Made by a program: the position numbers and the translations under genes. From IMG/VR virus record IMGVR_UViG_3300045988_111260: a DNA stretch of 64,000 nt; one strand, given 5' to 3'. Source of the DNA: a virus. This document shows positions 19,561 to 28,937 of this stretch, piece after piece (the first letter of the stretch is position 1; each line of letters begins with the position of its first letter). The notes under the pieces were generated by a model. The model was not told where the DNA came from. It ran no database searches and saw nothing but the letters and a program-made list of their open reading frames with translations.

Positions 19561-19800
19561 TTATCCTTTGTAAAAAGGTTCCCATTGTTTAGGTGGAAGT
19601 GGATTTAATGCCCATTTTCCAGGACAACCGCATGATACAATTCGACATATTTGTTTTGCTCCTCCATCTTGTAATTCTAAAAATGGACATTCCACTTTAC
19701 ACCCACAAACTCTTTTGTTAAGTATACAAATATCTTGAATTGTTTTTAATGCAACTGCAACCGCTTCATCTGTATACTCTCCATAATTTTTCTCATCCAT
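19561..19800 (-). CDS. Cys-rich small protein, paralogue A (start at internal ATG with GGAGGTG RBS)
   Basis: ALKTIQDICILNKRVCGCKVECPFL...; paralogous to 19812..20045. Confidence 0.45.
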   Translation of the reverse strand: MDEKNYGEYTDEAVAVALKTIQDICILNKRVCGCKVECPFLELQDGGAKQICRIVSCGCPGKWALNPLPPKQWEPFYKG

Positions 19801-19811
19801 ATAAACACCTC

Positions 19812-20045
19812 CTACTTTCCAAATGCTCGCCACGTAGTATCTGGATCATCATCAATCTCCCAAATATAAGGATCAGAATCTCTAATCGTGCAACTTGGCG
19901 CCCTCCCTGTCATTGTACATAATGGGCATTTTTTGCAATCTTCATCATTGCCATGAAGATAATACTCACATGTATCCTGAATTACATGCAATGCATTTAG
20001 AATCTCTTCAGGCGTATGTAATTTACTTTTCTTTTCTTTCTCCAT
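19812..20045 (-). CDS. Cys-rich small protein, paralogue B (start MEKEKK with AAGGAG RBS)
   Basis: ALHVIQDTCEYYLHGNDEDCKKCPLC... shares the AL..IQD.C...C.KCP pattern with paralogue A. Confidence 0.45.
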   Translation of the reverse strand: MEKEKKSKLHTPEEILNALHVIQDTCEYYLHGNDEDCKKCPLCTMTGRAPSCTIRDSDPYIWEIDDDPDTTWRAFGK

Positions 20046-20538
20046 TATATTTCTCCTTGATTGCATCAATTGCAAACTGCAACGCCTCATCTTGAATTGT
20101 TGTATAATCATTTACGGAAATCATATCATTTAATACATGGATGTACTGTGCCGCATTGGTTTTGGTAGATAGTAGCTTTTCAGAATCTCGATTCTCTATG
20201 TCGTTCACAGTCAATGTATCGCACGCATTAATACACGAATTCACCAATTCGTTCCATAGCGAAAAAACAAAATATCTCGCTGCAATCGGCTGACATTTCA
20301 GTTCATCAACTAGTGGTTTAGTCAATTGAAACGCATCAAGTAAACTACATATATCATAATATTTTCGAAGTATATGATCTTGCCTATTTGATCCAACCTC
20401 ACCCATTGGAACTACTAAACTATCTCTTAATTCTTCTAACTGCCAGTATGTAAATACTTTATTATTTTCTTTTTTCACTCTGTCTTTCCCATTCCTTTCT
20501 CCAATAATCATCTTCTTTGATATTGCCAAGTTTAACAT
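20023..20538 (-). CDS. Hypothetical protein
   Basis: 171-aa ORF in co-directional gene train. Confidence 0.4.
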   Translation of the reverse strand: MLNLAISKKMIIGERNGKDRVKKENNKVFTYWQLEELRDSLVVPMGEVGSNRQDHILRKYYDICSLLDAFQLTKPLVDELKCQPIAARYFVFSLWNELVNSCINACDTLTVNDIENRDSEKLLSTKTNAAQYIHVLNDMISVNDYTTIQDEALQFAIDAIKEKYNGERKEK

Positions 20539-20872
20539 ATTGACTGGGCTTGATTTCCCCTAAGTCAATCATATCAGAACCATAAACAGATAACATCTGC
20601 CACGCCAAATCTTCATCACTATAAATAATCAAGTAAGTATCTTCGTCGTTATCAATCAATTGTACTACATCATATTCAAACTCATTTTCTCTGCCTGTTG
20701 ATCTACAGATAGACTCTGGCTTAATTTGACATCCGTATACAGTAGCATTATCTTTTCTTGGGAATAACAACCACTTATTGCCGATATATGTTCCGACAAA
20801 CCATTTATTATCACATTGGTTTTGTGCCCGACAATACATTCCATTGTCTTGATAAAGCTTGTTCATTTTCAA
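20462..20872 (-). CDS. Hypothetical protein
   Basis: 136-aa ORF. Confidence 0.4.
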   Translation of the reverse strand: MKMNKLYQDNGMYCRAQNQCDNKWFVGTYIGNKWLLFPRKDNATVYGCQIKPESICRSTGRENEFEYDVVQLIDNDEDTYLIIYSDEDLAWQMLSVYGSDMIDLGEIKPSQYVKLGNIKEDDYWRKEWERQSEKRK

Positions 20873-20924
20873 TCACTTCCCTAATTCAATCCCACAGATT
20901 TCTTTCTTCATTATGTTTCTCCTT

Positions 20925-21278
20925 TTATTTCATAAAAACTTTTGACCCACTGAACATTGGAATAACACCAAACTCAGTATCATCAAGCCATTTTAATCCA
21001 GATTTATCAGAAAACCATAAGTCGGGCACAAAATATTCTAATTTGCTAGACGGATAATCTTTATTATTATATCTGCGTAATTCTGTGCTCTGATATATTA
21101 GATGCTGAATAATTGGCTTCAGTAGTTCTAAGTCCTCTTTCGATTCTGGATACTCTTCTCTACTTTGAAAATGATAATATAACAAATTACAAACTCCATA
21201 TATATCGTCATAAAAATCGTTATCGCCAACAGTTACTACCAAGTATTTTTCACTTTTATAATCTTTACTTTCATTCAT
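20925..21278 (-). CDS. Hypothetical protein
   Basis: 117-aa ORF. Confidence 0.4.
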   Translation of the reverse strand: MNESKDYKSEKYLVVTVGDNDFYDDIYGVCNLLYYHFQSREEYPESKEDLELLKPIIQHLIYQSTELRRYNNKDYPSSKLEYFVPDLWFSDKSGLKWLDDTEFGVIPMFSGSKVFMK

Positions 21279-21312
21279 ATTTCAATCACTCTCCTAACTC
21301 AATACCGCAAAT

Positions 21313-21684
21313 TTATTTCGCCAATTCTCTTGCAGTAACACGACTTACCCAATCTGTCTGCCAACCATTTATATGTGGCGACGACCAATCTGTAAGATCA
21401 TTGTTATACATAAATTTCAGCAAATCTTCTAAGCTATGAATATCTTTCTTAACTTCATTCACCTTTCCATAAAACTCTCGTTTTAGAACCGCTTTTATTT
21501 CTGATTCAGTGCGATATATCTCATCTAAAAGAACCATATATAAACCATGCGTTATACTGTCTTGTATCATTATATATATTAGATCGCCAAGACATTTAAT
21601 CTCCGTAATGATTCCAGACTTAACAGTATATGGTTCATCATACCAAGCAAAATACATCTTGTCTCCAACCTTAAAATCGCACAT
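21313..21684 (-). CDS. Hypothetical protein
   Basis: 123-aa ORF. Confidence 0.4.
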   Translation of the reverse strand: MCDFKVGDKMYFAWYDEPYTVKSGIITEIKCLGDLIYIMIQDSITHGLYMVLLDEIYRTESEIKAVLKREFYGKVNEVKKDIHSLEDLLKFMYNNDLTDWSSPHINGWQTDWVSRVTARELAK

Positions 21685-21700
21685 TTTACATCACCTCTTT

Positions 21701-21904
21701 CTAGCACCAAGTCCACAAAATTATTCCAATTAAGCATGATACATGGAACATAACCCATAAGAAAAATATCCTACATTCAGTTAAATCCCAATTATATGAA
21801 TCATCACGAGCAGTAATTATGAACCAAACCCAAGCAGCTACATACAACAATACGCACACAGCAATTGAAAATATTCTGATTGTTAATTTAACATTATCTA
21901 TCAT
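21701..21904 (-). CDS. Small two-TM membrane protein
   Basis: 67 aa, two hydrophobic helices. Confidence 0.35.
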   Translation of the reverse strand: MIDNVKLTIRIFSIAVCVLLYVAAWVWFIITARDDSYNWDLTECRIFFLWVMFHVSCLIGIILWTWC

Positions 21905-21913
21905 TGCATCCTA

Positions 21914-22456
21914 CTATTCATTGACTTCAACTGGCTCTAATTTGTCTTTATTTTTAACAAAATCCAACATGACTTCTTCTTGTATATCTTCATATAATTG
22001 ACCATAATATGATTTCTGTAATTTGAAAAAAGCAACCTTTAAATCATCTTCATAAAACTTACCTCTTTGCCCATTTTTAATTTGCCGATAAGGATTTTCA
22101 GGATGACAATACTCCACAGAAATTGTTCCATCATCTCCATCGTATGCAGTCTCCATCAAAATACTACCGTTCTTAAGCGCCCGATATTCAACCTGATATC
22201 CGTCAATAAACCCATATGGATGCCACTCATAATCATCTGGTACAACAGCAGGTTCAATGACATCAAAATATTTTTCTAATTCATCTCCCGACATCACGCC
22301 AATATGCACTCCATTTGCTCCAAATCTAAAATTGATAACATTTTCATCTGTATCAATCTTAACAATCTCACATACCTCACCAAGATTATCGAAACATCCC
22401 ATTGGTTTCTTTAATTTAATCTTATGGTCTGTAGTTAATTCATTAATATTAATCAT
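21914..22456 (-). CDS. Hypothetical protein
   Basis: 180-aa ORF. Confidence 0.4.
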   Translation of the reverse strand: MININELTTDHKIKLKKPMGCFDNLGEVCEIVKIDTDENVINFRFGANGVHIGVMSGDELEKYFDVIEPAVVPDDYEWHPYGFIDGYQVEYRALKNGSILMETAYDGDDGTISVEYCHPENPYRQIKNGQRGKFYEDDLKVAFFKLQKSYYGQLYEDIQEEVMLDFVKNKDKLEPVEVNE

Positions 22457-23484
22457 GCTGCCACCTTACCTTTCTTGCTAAAATGTTCATTCCATGCATC
22501 GACCGCTTCTTGCTGATCAGCGGTTAGAGGATCATTGAATCTTTGCAGCGCTTGTACGATTCGTCCATTTTGTATTTCAATCGTCACTAACGATTTGTTT
22601 GGTTCTTTTACTCTTCTCAAGAACATAATATGGCATTCGCCATCAATGACTCGATCTATGTAACTTGCCACACAATTATTTTGCTGCACCGCTTCGTCTT
22701 TAATGTCTTGAGTGGAATCTGGATAAAAGAATCTCAAACCTTTATATGTAAATTCGTATTCTTTATTAATACGTTTCTTGAAGACTTCTTCCGAAAATTC
22801 CTTTTTCAATCTCTTATAATTTCTTGTAACAATATCCATTGTTGTTTTGAAATGCCTTGGATATCTATCAAATTTATGACTGATTGCGTCCATCATACGA
22901 GCATAATCATATAATTCTTTGAGTAACCAATTCATAGCATCAATTGCTTCAAACGTCATTATCTTATCCATATAAACAAATACATCTGCGAGATTATATT
23001 CATAATCCTTATTCAAAGACGTTAATATATCCATATAATAATCTGTGTTACGATTAGCAAAAAAGAACATCAAGTCGGATTGAATCAAGGTCATATATTG
23101 TGTCTGAAGAATTGTTTGAACATAATCTGGATATTTTTTGTAAAAATCAACAAAATCATTACTTAACAATCGTCTATTCTTCACACCAAGACAATAATTT
23201 CTCAACCATTTTGGTACTTCATTAATTGAATATTTAAAATCTTCTGTGACTTGTTTGTGTGTAAACCCTATAGCAAAGAACTGCTCGCACATAGAATATT
23301 GACTTGCATATTTGAATAATGTTCCCAAATTATAATCAATAAAGCCCCACGTAGTTCTACCACATTCGCAATTTCTTCGCCAGTTTACATATTTTAGAAA
23401 CTCTGCATAATGTGGATCGGACACAAACAATTTATCCAATTCATCAGCTGAATGTCCAGACAGAATATTGTTCAAAGCTTTCAC
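22453..23484 (-). CDS. Hypothetical protein (possibly PcfJ-like)
   Basis: 343 aa; C-terminal ...QQNNCVASYIDRVIDGECHIMFLRR... is reminiscent of PcfJ-family C-terminal region; weak. Confidence 0.3.
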   Translation of the reverse strand: MKALNNILSGHSADELDKLFVSDPHYAEFLKYVNWRRNCECGRTTWGFIDYNLGTLFKYASQYSMCEQFFAIGFTHKQVTEDFKYSINEVPKWLRNYCLGVKNRRLLSNDFVDFYKKYPDYVQTILQTQYMTLIQSDLMFFFANRNTDYYMDILTSLNKDYEYNLADVFVYMDKIMTFEAIDAMNWLLKELYDYARMMDAISHKFDRYPRHFKTTMDIVTRNYKRLKKEFSEEVFKKRINKEYEFTYKGLRFFYPDSTQDIKDEAVQQNNCVASYIDRVIDGECHIMFLRRVKEPNKSLVTIEIQNGRIVQALQRFNDPLTADQQEAVDAWNEHFSKKGKVAA

Positions 23485-23626
23485 TTTCCTGCCACTCTTG
23501 CCATAGCAATCACCATTTGATAAATCATATTTGCAAGTTTTACCATCATCCAGATGGAAAATAATAAACTTACCTTGTTTTTCTGCCGTGATAATGTTTC
23601 AACTCCTTTCATTTCGCCTCAAATTC

Positions 23627-24106
23627 CTATTTTATCAGCACGTTATGTATCACACTATAATGTTCCATTTTGATATAAAAATCCACTACATATGTGCATA
23701 ATGTTTCAAAATCATCAAATACCCTATCTGCCATTTCAGTCCACCAAGGATGCAATTTCCTGGTTCCATCATTTAAAATCAATATAGGAATCCGATGCTC
23801 ATGGGCAATTGCAATCTCCATAGAAGTTCCAATACTTTTAGGGTCGTTTGCATTAACAATAATTAAATCGCTGTTTCGTACAAAATTGGTATCAAAATTC
23901 ATAACTTCTTTTTCTGTCTTATGTAATTTTTTATCAAAATTATAATAATCTACAGGATTGATAATATTAACTGCTTTGGTGTCTACATTAATTTTATAAC
24001 ATTGTATCATGATATTATCGCAGAGTTTTTCTCGCCACTCATTCTGTTCCTCAAAAGATAAATTTTGCATACCACCTGCAAGATAAATCTGAAATACGTC
24101 ACTCAC
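23627..24106 (-). CDS. Nucleoside 2-deoxyribosyltransferase-like / dNMP N-hydrolase-like protein
   Basis: N-terminal IYLAGGM and ...DPKSIGTSMEIAIAHEHRIPILIL match my recollection of that family's YLAGP..F and GT.fElG motifs. Confidence 0.5.
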   Translation of the reverse strand: MSDVFQIYLAGGMQNLSFEEQNEWREKLCDNIMIQCYKINVDTKAVNIINPVDYYNFDKKLHKTEKEVMNFDTNFVRNSDLIIVNANDPKSIGTSMEIAIAHEHRIPILILNDGTRKLHPWWTEMADRVFDDFETLCTYVVDFYIKMEHYSVIHNVLIK

Positions 24107-24618
24107 TGCTTCATTTCTCCTTTCACAACATATGATTCAATCAATCCTTTCCTTAGTCGGTCATTCATATCCTGAATGGCTTCCTCAATTGTTTTAAATT
24201 TACATGAACAAATATGCTCTTTTGTCAAATTAACAAATGAATATGTGCCATCGAATTTGTTCTTAAAAATAACCACCACTGATTCTTCCTCATTTGGTTT
24301 TTTGACAATGAATCGAAGTGAACCTTTTGCTGCTTTATTCGGCTTCTGTTTTTGATATTCAATACAGATATTATAATCCGTTCTTGAGCCTCTACGGACT
24401 GCATATGCCTTTTTAATCTTATGATCTTCATTGTCTGATGCAACATAATATCCTGCCGTATCATATTCTAATTGTTCAATACGCTTCGCATTATCATAAA
24501 TATTGATACATCCCCAATCCCCAACTCTTGTTTGTATCATTTCTTCAATAAATTCTTTAACGGTATATTCCTTGTCAAATTTTACATCACTTTTCAACAA
24601 ATTAAACATCTCTATCAC
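24103..24618 (-). CDS. Hypothetical protein
   Basis: 171-aa ORF. Confidence 0.4.
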   Translation of the reverse strand: MIEMFNLLKSDVKFDKEYTVKEFIEEMIQTRVGDWGCINIYDNAKRIEQLEYDTAGYYVASDNEDHKIKKAYAVRRGSRTDYNICIEYQKQKPNKAAKGSLRFIVKKPNEEESVVVIFKNKFDGTYSFVNLTKEHICSCKFKTIEEAIQDMNDRLRKGLIESYVVKGEMKQ

Positions 24619-24871
24619 CTACTTTCTTATCAAATGTTTCTTGCAAATTTAACCAGAACTGTCCATCATTAACAAACCCATAATGGTCTGCCATTGTTTT
24701 CGCAAATTCTTTTGTAACACTTTGTGATCCGTTAATCAGCCCTTGCACATAATCAACATCTATGCCAATTTTACTCGCAATCTGATAAGGAGTCATCCTG
24801 CAAGATTCAACAAATTCTTCTAAGCATTCGCCAGGATGAAAAGCAATTTCGTCTCCAATCTTTACATACAT
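24602..24871 (-). CDS. HigA/VapI-like HTH (XRE family) antitoxin-type DNA-binding protein
   Basis: HPGECLEEFVESCRMTPYQIASKIGIDVDYVQGLINGSQSVTKEFAKTMADHYGFVNDGQFWLNLQETFD matches the HigA HTH pattern. Confidence 0.6.
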   Translation of the reverse strand: MYVKIGDEIAFHPGECLEEFVESCRMTPYQIASKIGIDVDYVQGLINGSQSVTKEFAKTMADHYGFVNDGQFWLNLQETFDKKVGDRDV

Positions 24872-24873
24872 TT

Positions 24874-25703
24874 TTACACCATTCCTCTCACAATTCGTTC
24901 ATTTGTTGTCATCAAGAAGTTATTGATACGATCCCAGTCTGGTTCGTCTGGCAAAGTTGTAGTTTTAAATGCGTTTTCAAAAGCTTGATAAAAGCAATCA
25001 AATAGCTCCCCAAAATCATTAGATGGAACAAATCGTTTGATTATATCATCAGTCGCTCTTCCTTTGATCACCATACTACTACAATAAGCTCCGTCTCTCA
25101 GTAATAATAAACTTTGCCTGAGAAGCTCGAAGTTGTAAGTTTGCATTGTAGATGTTGTCAATAACGCTGTTCCATTGTGTATTACTCTAATTACATGCAT
25201 CATCGCCTTACAAACCTTCTTCTTTACTAAATTAATCTGATCTTCTGTTAAGATAGTTTCGTCATACAATCTGATTGTTTGTTCTTCTAAAGCCTGTGAA
25301 TATCCGTTAAATGCATACCAAATTTTCTTTGATAAAAACATGTCTCGATTTTTAATCAACTCCATACCAATATCGGATACATATAAATAGCATTCTGGAC
25401 GATTATACAACAACTCTAATGCTGTAGGATTCCCTTTGGCACATAAGTCAATATATTTTTTTAATGCATACATTACAGTATCAGTGTCTTTGCTGGCGTC
25501 TACCGATTTCATACTATTATTCAACAAAATCTCTCTTTTATCACTAAGGAAAACACCACGTAAATCAATGTCAGAATCCTCTGTATTTGTTCCGTAGGCA
25601 TAACTTCCACCTAACGTGAGAAAAGCGATTTTGTGCGGATAATCTCGCAAAAAGTCATACTCTGTAGACGAGTTTATGTAATCCTTTACTTCTTCAATTG
25701 TCA
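24874..25703 (-). CDS. Pol-beta-superfamily nucleotidyltransferase with alpha-helical C-terminal domain (start at MTIEEV, RBS AGAGGTGA)
   Basis: GSYAYGTNTEDSDIDLRGVF resembles my recollection of the minimal NTase G[SG]x(9-13)DxD motif; stop is 3 nt before the HigA-like gene. Confidence 0.55.
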
Positions 25704-25717
25704 TGATCTCACCTCTT

Positions 25718-26251
25718 TTATCCACATAATGCTTTCTTAAACTGTACAATATTTTGACTAACCCACTGATGAGTGATTCCAAGCTGACTTGCAATTTGTC
25801 TTTGTGTTAAACCTTTCTGCTTTAACGTGATAATCTTTTTATTTCTTGGTGCCAATTTATCAAACTCATTTTGAAAATGTACCTTTGTAAGCACCTCATC
25901 CTCTACATTATCTTTACTCATCAGTGTTGTTCCGATTGTAATATCATCTTCTGGTTCGTATCCTGCCAATGGCGTATCTAACGATTCGGCATTTCTATTC
26001 ATTTTTTCTGTTAGTCTATGCCATTTTGCATAATATTGATTCACCTCTGTTTGCAATACCCACCGAAAGAAAGTACCAAAAGTTCCTTTTGACTCATCCC
26101 ATTTTAATGCTGCTTTGCAGATTGCCATACGACCAAGATCCATATATGTATCAAAATCTTTAAATTTTGTAAAATACTTTTCATGTAAATGCCAAATCAA
26201 AGAATAATTATCTTCAATCAGCTTTCGCTGTTCATCATTTAGTTTCTTCAC
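25718..26251 (-). CDS. Sigma-70 family sigma factor (phage-encoded), paralogue 2
   Basis: MKKLNDEQRKLIEDN... parallels the N-terminus of paralogue 1 (MSLKLNDEQRKLVEQN); region 4 LTQRQIASQLGITHQWVSQNI. Confidence 0.65.
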   Translation of the reverse strand: MKKLNDEQRKLIEDNYSLIWHLHEKYFTKFKDFDTYMDLGRMAICKAALKWDESKGTFGTFFRWVLQTEVNQYYAKWHRLTEKMNRNAESLDTPLAGYEPEDDITIGTTLMSKDNVEDEVLTKVHFQNEFDKLAPRNKKIITLKQKGLTQRQIASQLGITHQWVSQNIVQFKKALCG

Positions 26252-26765
26252 ATTTCTTAGCCTCCTGTTCTTTAATAAAGTTATCCATATGTTGTTTTAA
26301 TCTTTTATTAAAATCATCCATATTGGGTTCGCCTACTATATCTCTTTCTCCAATTAATCCACAACGAATTCTAATGTTTGAAATCTTTTCGTCCCATTCC
26401 ATTCTCATTGTTTGATTAAATTCTTCCAATGAGTCCTCTAAATATTCTTCTGAAACATAAAAATTATCTCTTTTATATATATCTTTCACTAATATGTCGT
26501 AAACAATATCTGCATTTTTACTAATCTTTGGAACAACTTTTTTAATTTCATATTGATAACCAAGAACATTAATTGTAGTAATATCTTTGGTTAATATAGA
26601 ATTCAATAAATTTACTGGCATACAATAATTTTGAAAAATATAATTTATTTTATCCGTTTCAACGTATCCAATTTGTAAGTTGTGCGTAAAATAATTAACG
26701 TAATTCATATAGTTATACACTTTATACATCTGTTTATGTATAAAATTCACTTTACAAGATTCCAT
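26235..26765 (-). CDS. Hypothetical protein
   Basis: 176-aa ORF. Confidence 0.4.
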   Translation of the reverse strand: MESCKVNFIHKQMYKVYNYMNYVNYFTHNLQIGYVETDKINYIFQNYCMPVNLLNSILTKDITTINVLGYQYEIKKVVPKISKNADIVYDILVKDIYKRDNFYVSEEYLEDSLEEFNQTMRMEWDEKISNIRIRCGLIGERDIVGEPNMDDFNKRLKQHMDNFIKEQEAKKCEETK

Positions 26766-26768
26766 ACA

Positions 26769-27716
26769 TCACACTCCTAACACATATTGTTCACTTCTGA
26801 ACCCAGCTGCATTTGGGTGACCGCCACCACCATATCCCACAGCAAGTTCATACACATTAACCTTGTCTTGTTCTGCGGATCGTAGCTGATATTCCCACAT
26901 ACTTCCGTTAAAAGAGAAACCAATAAACATATCGTATTTAGAAGCATCAATAGATTCAAAGAAATCAGAATTGATTAAAGCTCGGTTGATCGCATAGACT
27001 TTATATCCCTCAAATGTGGTTTCAAATCCATATGCTCTAAGATACTGTTTTGCATTTGCTGCTAAATACTCAATAATTGATAATCCATCTTTTATCATAT
27101 CGTCAATGAATTTTACTGCTTCATAAATTCCTTCATCTCCGTTTAATGTATTTAACAGTGGACTTAACGCATCAAAATCATATGACTCAAACGCATAATG
27201 GAACGCCTTGATATATTCTTCCGATTTTTTACTCCACGAGAACGTATCCCACAGAGCTGTATATTTTGCCAACTGAGGAGTATTTTTAGAGAATTCTCGT
27301 AATAAAGACATCACATATTTCTCATCCGTCCTCTCAATTTGCTCCCAATCTTCGTCACATATATATTTGAAGTATAGCCATGTCAAATTCGCTCCTGAAA
27401 TACCTTCTCCAGTGATTCGAATTCCTTTTACATCGCACTTAAAATCTTCATACGCTTCAATCGTAGATTGGTGATGATCAATCCAAAACACATTCTTTGT
27501 GATACTTAGCAGTTGCCACATTTCTTCTGGCTCAATACTGTAGTCTACAATAAATACAAATTCATCCTGTTCAATATCATGAAACGGGAATTTCATGCCG
27601 TAATTAATTTTTCGGAAGTCCTCTGGTTCAAATGATAAACCTCGCTGTTCACAAGCTTTTCTAACGTAAAAACCAGATACAATTCCGTCTTGATCAACGT
27701 GATAAAAACATTTCAT
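26769..27716 (-). CDS. NrnA-like DHH-DHHA1 phosphoesterase (nanoRNase / pAp-phosphatase-like)
   Basis: FYHVDQDGIVSG, WIDHHQS (DHH), C-terminal GGGGHPNAAGF (DHHA1); about 315 aa as in NrnA. Confidence 0.65.
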   Translation of the reverse strand: MKCFYHVDQDGIVSGFYVRKACEQRGLSFEPEDFRKINYGMKFPFHDIEQDEFVFIVDYSIEPEEMWQLLSITKNVFWIDHHQSTIEAYEDFKCDVKGIRITGEGISGANLTWLYFKYICDEDWEQIERTDEKYVMSLLREFSKNTPQLAKYTALWDTFSWSKKSEEYIKAFHYAFESYDFDALSPLLNTLNGDEGIYEAVKFIDDMIKDGLSIIEYLAANAKQYLRAYGFETTFEGYKVYAINRALINSDFFESIDASKYDMFIGFSFNGSMWEYQLRSAEQDKVNVYELAVGYGGGGHPNAAGFRSEQYVLGV

Positions 27717-28024
27717 TCTTCTTTCTCCTCTACAATTTTTACTTTATGACCGAGTTCTTTTTCGATTTCTTCAATCGTCATTTCTTTTGGCGGGGATAAA
27801 CTCATATTTAAACCATCGATATCAGATTCCATATTCCAAACGCTTCTGTAGATCAATCGTCCTGTCAAAATACAAATTGCTTTCTTAACTTCGTCTGCCG
27901 TCGGTGGATAATGATCTAATGATGAAATAATATGTTTGTAATTTTCTTCATTCAATAAAACACGTTTAGAATCGATGGATGTATTCTCTTCTTCCCGTGA
28001 TTCAATATATAAGAAGTGGTTCAT
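27713..28024 (-). CDS. Hypothetical protein
   Basis: 103-aa ORF. Confidence 0.35.
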   Translation of the reverse strand: MNHFLYIESREEENTSIDSKRVLLNEENYKHIISSLDHYPPTADEVKKAICILTGRLIYRSVWNMESDIDGLNMSLSPPKEMTIEEIEKELGHKVKIVEEKEE

Positions 28025-28199
28025 TATATCTCTCCTTTCTCAATTTCTTCTTTAATAATTCTATATGAAAGAGCCTCTTTGGACTCTTTATCATTGATTC
28101 CATTTCTTTCTAACAGTGCGTCCAATTCCTGCGGACTCAACCGATCAAAGAATCGTTTTATCTCTTGTTTTCGTTGTTGTCGCGATTTCATTTTTTTGT

Positions 28200-28450
28200 T
28201 TAAATTCCTTTAGTTCTGTTATTTTTTATAGTTGCCAAACATTACATGAAGCATAGAAAAATACCATATAGTTTTGTACCCATGTTATTTTTGATAGTTG
28301 TCAAACCCCCAAATAACATAAATCCGACAAAATAACATAGATTTTAGTGAGTGCTATAACAAACCTCACTTTTGGCGTACTCAAAAACTATTTGAGCAGA
28401 ATATTTTTATATTCCCAAAACACACCAAATATTTTAAAATTTTTATTTTG
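28200..28450 (-). promoter_or_regulatory. Intergenic regulatory region with repeated ATAGTTGYCAAAC and AAATAACATA motifs
   Basis: 250-bp non-coding gap upstream (minus sense) of the 27713..28024 gene with two or three copies of each motif. Confidence 0.35.
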
Positions 28451-28464
28451 TTTCTTAGCCATAT

Positions 28465-28650
28465 CTACTTCACTACCTTACCATCTGGCATTATAAATTC
28501 CCAATACCCATCACTATTTTCAACTTCTTTTGGCTCTTCTTTATCTATTTTCTCCATCAACTTCTGCGCTCGTTCAATATCTTCTTTTGTCCAATTTTCT
28601 ACTTCGTCAATCAAACCTTGCAAAAACTTCAATGATTCTTGTTTACTCAT
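28465..28650 (-). CDS. Hypothetical small protein
   Basis: 61-aa ORF. Confidence 0.35.
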   Translation of the reverse strand: MSKQESLKFLQGLIDEVENWTKEDIERAQKLMEKIDKEEPKEVENSDGYWEFIMPDGKVVK

Positions 28651-28655
28651 GAGTC

Positions 28656-28937
28656 TTATTCCTCACATTTTCTACCATATAGTAAGAATCCAAGATCTCG
28701 TATTCTACCTATCTTACGATCATCCTTGTTTTCAAAAAATTCTAAAGAGTAAATATCACGATTAGAGATGTTTACTGGTTTGTCAAATTTAACGGTCATA
28801 TATCTATACCCATATCTACGACCAATCTCATCTGTTCCGATGCGAGTAATTGTACCTTTGTCGTTATTTCTAACCAAACCTCCTTTAGCCGCTGGCTTCA
28901 TTCTATAAATATAAACTCTATCTCCGACCTTTAGCAT
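28656..28937 (-). CDS. Hypothetical protein
   Basis: 93-aa ORF. Confidence 0.4.
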   Translation of the reverse strand: MLKVGDRVYIYRMKPAAKGGLVRNNDKGTITRIGTDEIGRRYGYRYMTVKFDKPVNISNRDIYSLEFFENKDDRKIGRIRDLGFLLYGRKCEE

